A DNA stretch of 64,000 bases from an uncultured Pelagibacteraceae bacterium (GCA_902586225.1 CACIGO010000002.1:12702-76701), one strand, 5' to 3'. Shown: positions 47,751 to 57,679, counted from the first letter of the stretch. Notes: generated from the letters alone by a model not told the origin. Program-made: numbers and translations.

Positions 47751-49535
47751 ATGGCTAAAATGACAACAGAAGAAGCTTTTGTAAAAGTTTTACAAATGCA
47801 TGGTATCGAACATTCGTTTGGTATTATTGGTTCTGCATTCATGCCTATTTCTGATCTTTTCCCAGAGGCTGGAATAACTTTTTGGGATGTAGCTCATGAA
47901 ACAAATGGTGGATTGATTGCTGATGGTTACACGAGAGCAACTGGAAAAATGTCAATGGTGATTGCTCAAAATGGTCCAGGTATAACAGGACTTGTTACAC
48001 CAATAAAAACTGCTTACTGGAATCATACTCCGCTACTTTTAGTTACACCACAAGCTGCAAACAAAACTATGGGCCAAGGTGGTTTTCAAGAAGTAGAGCA
48101 AATGAATTTATTTAAAGACATGGTGTGTTATCAAGAAGAAGTTAGAGACCCATCAAGAATGGCAGAAGTTTTAAACAGAGTAATAGAAAAAGCATTTAGA
48201 GGTTCAGCGCCTGCACAAATAAATGTACCAAGAGATTTTTGGACACAAGTTATAGATATAGAGTTACCTCCAATTGTAAGATTTGAAAGACAAGGTGGTG
48301 GAAAAGATGCTGTTGATAGAGCTGCGAAATTATTATCAGAAGCAAAATTTCCAGTAATTTTATCTGGTGCTGGAGTTGTTATAGGCGATGCCATTGATGA
48401 TTGTAAAAAATTAGCAGAAAAATTGGATGCACCTGTGTGTAATGGTTATCAACATAACGATAGCTTTCCAGGAAGTCATCCATTAGCTGTTGGCCCATTA
48501 GGTTATAATGGATCTAAAGCTGCAATGGAATTAATTTCAAAAGCTGATGTAGTTTTAGCATTAGGAACAAGATTAAATCCATTTTCAACATTACCAGGAT
48601 ATGGAATTGATTACTGGCCAAAAGATGCAACAATTATTCAAGTAGATATGAATCCCGATCGTATTGGTTTAACTAAGAAAGTTACAGTTGGTATTTGCGG
48701 TGATGCTAAAATGGTAGCTCAACAGATATTAGAAAAACTTTCATCAAATGCTGGAGATAATGGAAGAGAAGATAGAAAAAATCTAATTCATCAAACAAAA
48801 TCTGCATGGTTGCAAACTCTTACAAGTTTAGATCATGAGGATGATGATCCGGGAACTGTTTGGAATAAAGAGGCAAGAGAAAGAGATAAAGACAGAATGT
48901 CTCCAAGACAAGCATGGAGAGCTATTCAAGCTGGAATGCCAGAAGATGTTATAATTTCAAGCGATATTGGAAATAATTGTGCAATTGGTAATGCATACCC
49001 AACATTTGAAAAACCAAGAAAATATTTGGCACCAGGTTTATTTGGACCATGCGGTTACGGATTTCCATCTATTCTTGGAGCAAAAATTGGGTGTCCAGAC
49101 ACTCCAGTTATAGGTTTTGCTGGTGATGGAGCATTTGGAATAAGTATGAACGAAATGAGTTCTTGTGCAAGAGAAGAATGGCCTGCAATAACAATGGTAA
49201 TTTTTAGAAATTATCAATGGGGTGCTGAAAAAAGAAATTCAATATTGTGGTTTGATGATAATTTTGTTGGAACAGAGTTAGATCCAGAATTAAGTTATGC
49301 GAAAGTTGCTAATGCATGTGGTTTAAAAGGTGTTATTGCAAATACAATGGAAGAAACCACTAAAGCAATTAAACAATCATGTGAAGATCAGAAAAAAGGT
49401 ATTACTACATTTATTGAAATAATTCTAAATCAAGAATTAGGTGAGCCATTCAGAAGAGATGCTATGAAAAAACCAGTTAAAGTAGCAGGTATAAGCAAGA
49501 ATGATATGAGACCTCAAAAGTCTCTTGTTAGTTGA
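47751..49535 (+). CDS. xsc: Sulfoacetaldehyde acetyltransferase (ThDP-dependent)
   Basis: KMTTEEAFVKVLQMHG, FGIIGSA, GDGAFG, NYQWGAEKRN, PFRRDAM. Confidence 0.95.
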   Translation: MAKMTTEEAFVKVLQMHGIEHSFGIIGSAFMPISDLFPEAGITFWDVAHETNGGLIADGYTRATGKMSMVIAQNGPGITGLVTPIKTAYWNHTPLLLVTPQAANKTMGQGGFQEVEQMNLFKDMVCYQEEVRDPSRMAEVLNRVIEKAFRGSAPAQINVPRDFWTQVIDIELPPIVRFERQGGGKDAVDRAAKLLSEAKFPVILSGAGVVIGDAIDDCKKLAEKLDAPVCNGYQHNDSFPGSHPLAVGPLGYNGSKAAMELISKADVVLALGTRLNPFSTLPGYGIDYWPKDATIIQVDMNPDRIGLTKKVTVGICGDAKMVAQQILEKLSSNAGDNGREDRKNLIHQTKSAWLQTLTSLDHEDDDPGTVWNKEARERDKDRMSPRQAWRAIQAGMPEDVIISSDIGNNCAIGNAYPTFEKPRKYLAPGLFGPCGYGFPSILGAKIGCPDTPVIGFAGDGAFGISMNEMSSCAREEWPAITMVIFRNYQWGAEKRNSILWFDDNFVGTELDPELSYAKVANACGLKGVIANTMEETTKAIKQSCEDQKKGITTFIEIILNQELGEPFRRDAMKKPVKVAGISKNDMRPQKSLVS

Positions 49536-49559
49536 GATCAATAAAATTTCATAATAAAA

Positions 49560-50417
49560 ATGAAATTTATCTCTTTCAAACATGATAATATTGAAAAGTT
49601 TGGAATTATTGAAAATAATTTGATAACTGATCTAACTGGAAAAATAGGTGCGGCTTCAAATTTAAAAGAATTAATAAAGATAAAAAAAATCAAAGAAGCA
49701 AAAGAATATGCTAAGAGTAATCCTGGTTCTATAAAAACTGAAGAAATTGAATACTCGCCCCTGATTCCTAATCCAGGTAAAATTATATGTGTAGGTTTGA
49801 ATTACATTGAGCATGCAAAAGAAACTAATCGTACTGTTGAAGAAAACCCAGTTATATTTCACAGATTTCCAGAAAGCCAAACTGCTCATATGCAGGCAAT
49901 ACAAAGACCATCTGTATCCAAAAGTTTAGACTTTGAAGGTGAAATGGCTGTAATTATGGATGAAGGTGGTAAACACATTAAATCTGAAGAAGCATTAAAA
50001 CACGTTGTTGGTTTTTCATGTTATAACGAGAGTACAATTAGAGAGTGGCAAAGACATACTAGACAATTTGGTATGGGAAAAAATTTTGAAAAGACAGGGA
50101 GTTTTGGTCCTCACATGGTTTTAGCACAAGATATCCCAGATTATAAACGTTTGACAATAGAGACAAGGCTTAATGGTGAAGTCATGCAAAATGCTAAACT
50201 AAGTCAATTAATTTTCGATATACCTATTTTAATTTCATATGTATCTAAAGCTATGGCTTGGCGAGCAGGAGATGTTTTGGTAACAGGGACTCCCGGTGGA
50301 GTAGGATCAAAAAGAAATCCACCTGTTTATATGAAACCTGGAGACAATGTCGAAGTTGAAATCACAAATATTGGAGTTTTGTCTAATACTGTTAAAGATG
50401 AAATAATTCATCAATGA
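49560..50417 (+). CDS. Fumarylacetoacetate hydrolase family protein
   Basis: ICVGLNY, DFEGE, GKNF, TGTPGGVG. Confidence 0.9.
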   Translation: MKFISFKHDNIEKFGIIENNLITDLTGKIGAASNLKELIKIKKIKEAKEYAKSNPGSIKTEEIEYSPLIPNPGKIICVGLNYIEHAKETNRTVEENPVIFHRFPESQTAHMQAIQRPSVSKSLDFEGEMAVIMDEGGKHIKSEEALKHVVGFSCYNESTIREWQRHTRQFGMGKNFEKTGSFGPHMVLAQDIPDYKRLTIETRLNGEVMQNAKLSQLIFDIPILISYVSKAMAWRAGDVLVTGTPGGVGSKRNPPVYMKPGDNVEVEITNIGVLSNTVKDEIIHQ

Positions 50418-50620
50418 GTAATAATTTAAAAGTTTCAATAATTATAATACTTGGAGTGATAGCATTGTATATATCAACTCAGTATTATTCAGGTTTTAAT
50501 AAAAGCAAAACTATTAAAGCATGTATAATTGGAAAAGCTGAATTAGATTCGAATAAACCTGAGAGCGAAAGACTCTCTGCTGACGAGGTTAAAAAATTTT
50601 GTGAAGATCAAATAAAATGA
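50414..50620 (+). CDS. Small hypothetical protein, N-terminal TM and two Cys
   Basis: 68-aa ORF with ATGA overlaps on both sides. Confidence 0.65.
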   Translation: MSNNLKVSIIIILGVIALYISTQYYSGFNKSKTIKACIIGKAELDSNKPESERLSADEVKKFCEDQIK

Positions 50621-51765
50621 TGAAAAAATCAAAAAGATCAGATGTTGATCCATTTATAGTAATGGATGTAATGGAATCAGCAAGAATTGCCGAAGAAAAA
50701 GGTAAAGATATAATTCATATGGAGGTAGGGCAGCCAGGAACACCAGCGCCTAAGATTGCAAAAGATTATATTACTAATGAGATAAACAAAAACAATCTAG
50801 GCTATACTGTATCACTTGGTCTACCAGCTTTAAGAGCTAAAATTTCAAAGTTATATGGAGATTGGTACAATTTAGATCTTAATCCAAATAGAATAGTAGT
50901 TACAACAGGCTCTTCTGGAGCTTTTATATTATCGTTTTCGGCATTGTTTGATAGTGGGGACAGAGTTGGAATTGGATCTCCAAGTTATCCTAGCTATAGA
51001 CAAATACTAAAATCACTAAGTTTGGAAACTGTAGATATTCAAACCAAACTTCAAAATAGATTTCAACCAGTACCAGATGATATTCTAAATAATAATTTAA
51101 ATGGAATTCTAGTTGCATCACCTGCAAATCCAACTGGTTCTATGCTAGATAAACAATCTTTTGAGAATTTAATTAATACAGCAAATGAGAATAATGTGAG
51201 TTTTATTAGTGATGAAATTTATCACGGAATCCAGTATGAAAATAATCCAACATCAGCTCTAGAGATAACTGATAATTGCTATGTAATTAATTCTTTTTCA
51301 AAATACTTTTCAATGACTGGTTGGCGAATAGGGTGGATGGTTGTACCAGAAGATCATGTCAGACAAGTAGAAAGACTTTCGCAAAATTTGTTTGTTTGTC
51401 CTCCACACGCAAGTCAAGTTACAGCCCTTGCTTCATTAGATGCAAATGAAGAGTTACAATCGAATGTTGAGGTATATAAAAAAAATAGAGAGATACTTTT
51501 AGAAGAATTACCTAAAGCAGGATTAAAAAAATTTTCACCACCTGATGGTGCTTTTTACATTTATGTTGATATATCTGAATATTCAAATGATAGCTTAGCT
51601 TTTTGTAAAAAAGTTTTAGATGAAGCAAATGTTGCTATAACACCAGGAATTGATTTTGATCAAAAAAGAGGAAATTCTACTATCCGATTCTCATATGCCA
51701 GAAGCACAAAAGATATAATTGAAGGTGCTAAGAGAATTAAAGATTTTATGTCTAAAAATTATTAA
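50617..51765 (+). CDS. PLP-dependent aminotransferase class I/II (aspartate aminotransferase-like)
   Basis: MEVGQP, SPANPTG, SDEIYHG, SFSKYFSMTGWRIG. Confidence 0.92.
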   Translation: MMKKSKRSDVDPFIVMDVMESARIAEEKGKDIIHMEVGQPGTPAPKIAKDYITNEINKNNLGYTVSLGLPALRAKISKLYGDWYNLDLNPNRIVVTTGSSGAFILSFSALFDSGDRVGIGSPSYPSYRQILKSLSLETVDIQTKLQNRFQPVPDDILNNNLNGILVASPANPTGSMLDKQSFENLINTANENNVSFISDEIYHGIQYENNPTSALEITDNCYVINSFSKYFSMTGWRIGWMVVPEDHVRQVERLSQNLFVCPPHASQVTALASLDANEELQSNVEVYKKNREILLEELPKAGLKKFSPPDGAFYIYVDISEYSNDSLAFCKKVLDEANVAITPGIDFDQKRGNSTIRFSYARSTKDIIEGAKRIKDFMSKNY

Positions 51766-51811
51766 AAGGGGTCAGCTCAATTGGTTATTACCAAAAGAGC
51801 TCCCCTTTTTT
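51764..51811. terminator. Bidirectional intrinsic terminator
   Basis: aaaagggg(tc)agctc..ttgg-ttatta-ccaa..gagct-cccctttttt, A-run before and T-run after. Confidence 0.75.
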
Positions 51812-51880
51812 ATGCCATTTTGGCCAAATCCATCAAATGGATTTAGTTTGTGTTATTTTTAATATGTGATATCTCACCAG

Positions 51881-51910
51881 CTAAGTGTCAGGTGGCGTTA
51901 TTCTAAGCAT
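51881..51910 (-). CDS. 9-codon micro-ORF MLRITPPDT with perfect SD, within a candidate structured transcript
   Basis: Minus strand AAGGAGGTGcaaATG CTT AGA ATA ACG CCA CCT GAC ACT TAG. Confidence 0.4.
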   Translation of the reverse strand: MLRITPPDT

Positions 51911-51946
51911 TTGCACCTCCTTCACTTATAAAAATAAGTTTTAGGT

Positions 51947-52005
51947 AGGTTGTATTCAACAAATTTATTTCTATTTTTTATAAATATATTATTTGAATAC
52001 AACCT
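51947..52005. repeat. 13-bp perfect inverted repeat with 33-nt AT-rich spacer
   Basis: aggttgtattcaa (51947-51959) and ttgaatacaacct (51993-52005). Confidence 0.75.
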
Positions 52006-52113
52006 GTCTCTTTAGTAGATTCTCGATATCAAAATAATCTAAATATTCCAAAACTCTTAAATGAAACTTATGTCACAGAGACAGATAATAAATATGTTTG
52101 TAATTAAATTCTT

Positions 52114-52305
52114 ATGAAAACTATATTTGTTATTGGATCAAAAAAACATACTCTGAAATACACAAGAAAAATGCCTGAGGGTGAAGTTAAGAAAATGAAA
52201 TCTTTTGTTACAAACAAAGGGCAAAAACTTGAAAAAACTTCAAAATTTAAAATTTTAAAAGTATCAGACGACAAAACTTCTAGAACTTTCAAAATCAGTC
52301 TTTAA
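52114..52305 (+). CDS. Small basic hypothetical protein
   Basis: 63-aa ORF ending 9 nt before the photolyase gene. Confidence 0.65.
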   Translation: MKTIFVIGSKKHTLKYTRKMPEGEVKKMKSFVTNKGQKLEKTSKFKILKVSDDKTSRTFKISL

Positions 52306-52314
52306 TTATTAAAA

Positions 52315-53772
52315 ATGAACAAAATCGTATGGTTCAGGAACGATCTACGTGTATCTAATAATGATGCATTTAACGAAGCTACAAAATCAGGAAAGATTTT
52401 ACCAATTTACATATTTGATAAAGAATATCACAAATTACCTACATCAAGCTCATTCCATCTGGATTTTTTAAAATCGTCATTAGAACACTTAAAAAAAACA
52501 TTTAGTGAAAAATATAATGCTAAACTCAATATATATTACGGAAATACATTAGAAATTTTAAGTCATTTAACTAATAAATTTAAAATAAATGAGGTTTATT
52601 CGAATATAATATTCAAGAACATTTATATAACTAACTTAGATAAAGAAGTTAGTTTTTTATTTAAAGAAAAAAATATTAATTGGAAAATATCAAATCAATT
52701 TGGTGTTCAATTAAATCATAGAATAAGAAATAAATGGTCATATAATTGGAATAAATTTATAGATAGTGAAAGCGTAAATTCAAATTTAAATTGCGAGTTT
52801 ATTTCAGATAATTATGTAGAAGATTTATCAAAAATAGAAACTAATAATTTAGAAAATGGAAAAATTCAAATTGGTGGAAGACAAAACGCACTTCAACTTT
52901 TAGATTCTTTCCTTAATGACAGATCAGAAAATTACCAAAAAGAAATGTCTTCGCCGATAACAGGAGAAACTTCTTGTTCTAGATTAAGCCCTCATATTGT
53001 ATTCGGAAACATTTCTATTAAAGAAATTTTTAAAAAAACTAACGAAAAGTTAAAATCCAATTTATCTTTTCCAAAAAAGAAATCCTTAATTGCTTTTAAA
53101 AGTCGATTAGCCTGGCACTGTCATTTTATTCAAAAGTTATATGATGAACCAGAAATTGAATTTAGAAATATGAATAGCGCTTATAATGGAATAAGAGAAA
53201 ATGATTTTAATGAAGATTATCATTTAGCATGGAAAAATGGAACCACTGGTTATCCGTTTGTTGATGCTTGCATGAGGTACCTGAGAACTAATGGATGGAT
53301 TAATTTTAGAATGAGAGCAATGTTAGTTTCATTTGCGTCTTATCAATTATGGCTTGATTGGAAAAAAACATCAAAACATTTAGCAAAATTATTTACCGAT
53401 TATGAGCCAGGCATTCATTATTCACAATTTCAAATGCAATCAGGAACAACAGGAATAAATTCAATAAGAATTTACAATCCAATTAAACAATCAATTGATC
53501 AAGATCCTAAAGGAGATTTTATAAAAAAATGGGTTCCAGAATTAAAAAATGTTCCAGGAAAATTAATTCATGAACCATGGAAATTAACATTCATTGAACA
53601 AAAGGGAATAGATTTAAAAATTGGTAAAGATTATCCATCACCAATAGTTGATAATAAAATATCGACAAAAACAGCTAAAGAAAAAATCTGGAATGTTAAG
53701 AAAACAACTGAAGCAAAAGTTATTTCAGCTGAAGTATTAAATAAACACGCTAGTTTATCTCAAAGAAGATAA
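52315..53772 (+). CDS. Cryptochrome/DNA photolyase family protein
   Basis: [54 protein letters not shown]. Confidence 0.92.
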   Translation: MNKIVWFRNDLRVSNNDAFNEATKSGKILPIYIFDKEYHKLPTSSSFHLDFLKSSLEHLKKTFSEKYNAKLNIYYGNTLEILSHLTNKFKINEVYSNIIFKNIYITNLDKEVSFLFKEKNINWKISNQFGVQLNHRIRNKWSYNWNKFIDSESVNSNLNCEFISDNYVEDLSKIETNNLENGKIQIGGRQNALQLLDSFLNDRSENYQKEMSSPITGETSCSRLSPHIVFGNISIKEIFKKTNEKLKSNLSFPKKKSLIAFKSRLAWHCHFIQKLYDEPEIEFRNMNSAYNGIRENDFNEDYHLAWKNGTTGYPFVDACMRYLRTNGWINFRMRAMLVSFASYQLWLDWKKTSKHLAKLFTDYEPGIHYSQFQMQSGTTGINSIRIYNPIKQSIDQDPKGDFIKKWVPELKNVPGKLIHEPWKLTFIEQKGIDLKIGKDYPSPIVDNKISTKTAKEKIWNVKKTTEAKVISAEVLNKHASLSQRR

Positions 53773-54024
53773 AATTTAATTACCGTAAGGAATTCCAACT
53801 AATTTTCCATTTTCATTATAAAAATAAAAAAAGTTGGGGTTTATTACTTTTGGCTTTTTTGAAAGCGTTTTAGATTTATTTGTTGATTTATTTTTTTTTA
53901 ATTTACGTTTCACACTTACTAAATACTAAAAAAAATTAGGTAAACTATTGATAACTTTTCAACCCAGATATGCATTTATTCTTAATCAATAAATTCAAAT
54001 TAAGTATATTTATTCATTTACCTT

Positions 54025-56616
54025 ATGAAATTATCTGAATTATTTCAGCAAAATGGCTTTGATTTAGGCAATCTAAAAGAGACCTTTGGACTAATAGATG
54101 GAATATCAAAACATATAATAGCTGAAAGTGATGAAGTTTTAGCAAAGCAGCATCAAATTTCAGAAAACATTTATTTTTTAATTAAAGGTAAGGCTACATT
54201 TACCAAGTATTTTGAAACTAAATCCATAACCTTTGCAAAAATAACAAAGCCTGCAACACCATTAGGAATATCTGGACTTAATCAACCCAACAGATTTATG
54301 GGTGAAATATTTATTGAAGGTGGAACAGAATATATCTCGCTAAAACTAGATGATTTAAGAGATTTACAAAAGAAAAATAGTAAACTTATATCAACATTAT
54401 ACTCAGCAATTTCCTTTTTTTCTTTCCAACTGCTTGTCTCTTCAAGAAATTTAAACACTTTGTATAAAGATGATGAAATACAAATTTCTCCAGGCATCCC
54501 ATCAGAAAAAAGTATTACAAATATACATAGAATTAAATCTGCTACTTTTTTCTCAACACTTACTGATGATGACTTAGAAAAGTTTATTAAATTAGGTAAT
54601 ATTAAGATGTATTCATCAAATCAATATATAGTTAAAGAGGGAGACGTTTCTAAAGGTTTAAAGATATTATTAAGTGGTAAAGTTGATGGCTTATTCCACA
54701 ACTTTATTAATGGAAAAATAAGAAGAAATTTTAGAACTCTAACTAGAGCTGGTATTGCGCTAACTTTATCTTCTGGGAAAGGAGATTTTTTTAATCCATA
54801 TACAATTAAATCTACTAGGGATACAAAAGTTTTACATATTTCTAACGAAGCACTTGAAAATCTGATTATTTCTGACCCTGAATTATCAATAAAGATTTTC
54901 AAAAGACAACTTTGGCAGCTAGGACGTTTCCAACAAAGTGCAACTGGTCTAACAAAATATTCAGCAGAAAACGAATTAGAATTTGTTAATTTATTATTGA
55001 AAGATAATACTGCAAGAATACCTGCTAGTTCTAAGTTATATAGTATTCCACATTTATTGAAGAGTACTCATACTTATGCAATGGCATTTGATGTAGTTTA
55101 CGAACTACTTATTAAAGGAAATGAAATAGAAAAATCATTATCTAGTTTAATAAAAGATACCTTAAATAATTTAGAAAGAGAGTCTCGTTTCCACAGCCAA
55201 TTAAATATTATTTATAATAGAGTTTCAAATTCTTCTAGTAATTCAGATAAAACAAAATTAAGAGAATTAACCAATTCAAATTTCACAAAAGCTTTTGATA
55301 ACGTAAAATATGTAATTAAGGGTTGGGAAAATTTGCCAGATGAACCAACAAATATTTTTTTCTACAATCACTTAGCAGCTATAGATGATAATCAGCTTGC
55401 TAATGGACATTCATTTTCAATAGATAGTCATTTTATTAGTTCAAAAATTTTATATCCAAAATATAATGATGGAGGACAACGTATTGTTAGAACGAGTCGG
55501 AATACAGAATTTTGGAGATATAATTATTATGAAAATTTAGATTACATTTTTGTTCATACTCCAGAGTCTGATAAATTGGACGAAAGTGAAGAAGAAAAGA
55601 AAGCTAGAAAACAAAAGCTCTTTTATGAAGCTCAAAAGGTATTTAATCAAAAACAACCTATTGTAATTGCTCCTGAAGGAACATCAGAAACAGAAGATAA
55701 TAAAACAATAACATCTCCAGGACCATTTAAAGCTGGAGCATTTAACCTTGCTTTTAAACTTAGCCCAAAACCAAAACTCATTCCAATTGCCCTTGCTAAT
55801 TTTGATTATCCAGTTTCTAAAACAATATATTCAGCAGTTATTAAGGAGCCAATAACTATAAGTGATCATGTCAAAAATCCAGAAAATCAAGATGAAATGA
55901 AAAGCTTCTTAGATAATTACAGAATCAAATTTAGATCTTATGTAGAAGAAGCTATTGATTTGGCTAAAAATATTCAAGACAACATTGATAAAATAGATAA
56001 TTTGAAAACTAATGTAAATTTAGTCAGTCCAGTTGAAGAAGAATTTGAGCTCGACGTTAGAGAATTAGAACATAATTCTTTTCAACAGACAAAAACAAAT
56101 AACAGTGTTGCTTTGTATGGAAGTTCAACTTTTAAAATGTGGGATAATGCCAAAAATGATTTATCAATAAGTAATCTTTATAATTTAGGCTTCGGGGGCT
56201 CAACCTTAGTCTCTTGTAGAAGATATTTTGATAGATTGGTTGCTCCATTAAACCCATCTAATCTTTTCTTTTATGCTGGGGATAATGATATTGGTTATGG
56301 AATGGATAGTGATGAATTGTTAAAAGAATTTTTATTATTTTCTAATCAAGTTGAAGAAAAACTACCAAGAGCGAAATGTTTTTTTATATCTATTAAACCT
56401 AGTCCTTTTAGAAGGGATCTTATGACAACAATTTTAGATGCTAATTCAAAGATAAAAAAACACCTAACCAATTTAAAAATGTGGGATTATGTTGATATTA
56501 CAACACCTATGATAAATGCTGGTTATGATAAGTTTTACGATGAAGATCCACTACATATGAACGAACTTGGATATAGTTTGTTAAGTAAGCTTGTAAGAGA
56601 CAAAATTTATAATTAA
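54025..56616 (+). CDS. Fusion: two cyclic-nucleotide-binding-like domains + PlsC-type acyltransferase + SGNH/GDSL hydrolase
   Basis: IYFLIKG and IVKEGD..ILLSGKV (CNB-like); NHLAAID (HX4D) and APEGT (acyltransferase); YGSS, GFGG, YAGDND, DPLH (SGNH blocks I, II, III, V). Confidence 0.8.
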   Translation: MKLSELFQQNGFDLGNLKETFGLIDGISKHIIAESDEVLAKQHQISENIYFLIKGKATFTKYFETKSITFAKITKPATPLGISGLNQPNRFMGEIFIEGGTEYISLKLDDLRDLQKKNSKLISTLYSAISFFSFQLLVSSRNLNTLYKDDEIQISPGIPSEKSITNIHRIKSATFFSTLTDDDLEKFIKLGNIKMYSSNQYIVKEGDVSKGLKILLSGKVDGLFHNFINGKIRRNFRTLTRAGIALTLSSGKGDFFNPYTIKSTRDTKVLHISNEALENLIISDPELSIKIFKRQLWQLGRFQQSATGLTKYSAENELEFVNLLLKDNTARIPASSKLYSIPHLLKSTHTYAMAFDVVYELLIKGNEIEKSLSSLIKDTLNNLERESRFHSQLNIIYNRVSNSSSNSDKTKLRELTNSNFTKAFDNVKYVIKGWENLPDEPTNIFFYNHLAAIDDNQLANGHSFSIDSHFISSKILYPKYNDGGQRIVRTSRNTEFWRYNYYENLDYIFVHTPESDKLDESEEEKKARKQKLFYEAQKVFNQKQPIVIAPEGTSETEDNKTITSPGPFKAGAFNLAFKLSPKPKLIPIALANFDYPVSKTIYSAVIKEPITISDHVKNPENQDEMKSFLDNYRIKFRSYVEEAIDLAKNIQDNIDKIDNLKTNVNLVSPVEEEFELDVRELEHNSFQQTKTNNSVALYGSSTFKMWDNAKNDLSISNLYNLGFGGSTLVSCRRYFDRLVAPLNPSNLFFYAGDNDIGYGMDSDELLKEFLLFSNQVEEKLPRAKCFFISIKPSPFRRDLMTTILDANSKIKKHLTNLKMWDYVDITTPMINAGYDKFYDEDPLHMNELGYSLLSKLVRDKIYN

Positions 56617-56624
56617 TATTTTTA

Positions 56625-57167
56625 ATGAGTTTTAAAAAATATCTATGGAAATGTAGATTGTTAGTCCTCAATACGCCTAAATACAGTCATCCAGAATATA
56701 AAAGGTCAAAAGATTTGTATCAAAAAGACATCAAAGGGTTTCACAAAAGATACATAAAATTAGTTACAAAATTAGATAAATCAGAAAAATTTAAAGTTAC
56801 TTTAATTGGTTTTGATGGCACAATAAAAATTGAGTTAGATAAAATATATACAAAAAAAATCTTTGGAATAGTTGATAAAATGCCAATGAATAAACTTATC
56901 AAGGATAAAAAATTTAAACCTTTAAATCTTTCTTTATTTTCAGATTATAAACCAGAGACGACAATAAAAGGATTAGGTTTTAAAGATAAGGAAAAGGCAT
57001 TGTTTACTGTTTCAGCTATAAAAAAGAGACCAATAAAATATCAAGTAAATGTTATTGCAACTATGCTTGGAAGAGCAAAAAATCATCCAAATAAAACAAA
57101 AGATATGAATGATGCTATAATAGTTTTTAAAAAATGGATGGAAAATTACAAAGCAAATAAAAAATGA
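56625..57167 (+). CDS. Hypothetical two-domain protein, N-terminal DUF4174-like
   Basis: YLWKCRLLVL...LIGFDGTIK...VDKMPM pattern, then an unrelated basic domain. Confidence 0.6.
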   Translation: MSFKKYLWKCRLLVLNTPKYSHPEYKRSKDLYQKDIKGFHKRYIKLVTKLDKSEKFKVTLIGFDGTIKIELDKIYTKKIFGIVDKMPMNKLIKDKKFKPLNLSLFSDYKPETTIKGLGFKDKEKALFTVSAIKKRPIKYQVNVIATMLGRAKNHPNKTKDMNDAIIVFKKWMENYKANKK

Positions 57168-57679
57168 AATCTAAAGGCTTTACATTAATTGAACTCTTAG
57201 TAGTTGTAGCTATCATTGGGATTTTAGCTGCAGTAGGTGTAGTTGCTTATAGCGGTTATACCAGTAGTGCAAAAGCAAATTCTTCAAGGGAAAATATGAC
57301 TGTAGTTTATAAAACTTGGTTAAATGAAAAATACTTGTGTGAAACAAAAGATGGGGGAGACACAGCATTATGGGGTAAAACCACATGCCAGGTTTTATTA
57401 AGTTCGTCCACAAGTGATGTGAGTAGAACCATGGGAATAATACAAATTTATTTTGGTGCCAATAATAACTATGGTTTTGGTCAACCAATACTAAATACTT
57501 TCAGACCTCAAAAAAGTTTTTTTACTGATAATTGTTGGGTGAAAGTTGAGCAAGATGCAAATATAGGGGAGTTAGTTGCTTGTTTTGATAAAAGTACTAA
57601 AGTAATTAACTTTAGGGGTTGTTTTAAAACTCCCTGTTCAGAAGCAAGCAATAGATTTAATAAATACATAAGATTTTAA
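57164..57679 (+). CDS. Type IV pilin-like protein
   Basis: Prepilin motif KGFTLIELLVVVAIIGILAAVG; Cys-rich globular head. Confidence 0.9.
   Translation: MKSKGFTLIELLVVVAIIGILAAVGVVAYSGYTSSAKANSSRENMTVVYKTWLNEKYLCETKDGGDTALWGKTTCQVLLSSSTSDVSRTMGIIQIYFGANNNYGFGQPILNTFRPQKSFFTDNCWVKVEQDANIGELVACFDKSTKVINFRGCFKTPCSEASNRFNKYIRF

Noticed and set aside
51764-52113. Possible tmRNA piece, 6S RNA, tRNA or SAM-V riboswitch
   Set aside because: No tag peptide ending in AA, no cloverleaf or TpsiC arm, and no recognisable consensus
53773-54024. 252-bp AT-rich gap with short lysine-rich minus-strand frames
   Set aside because: Frames are under about 25 codons with no SD, and I found no convincing structure
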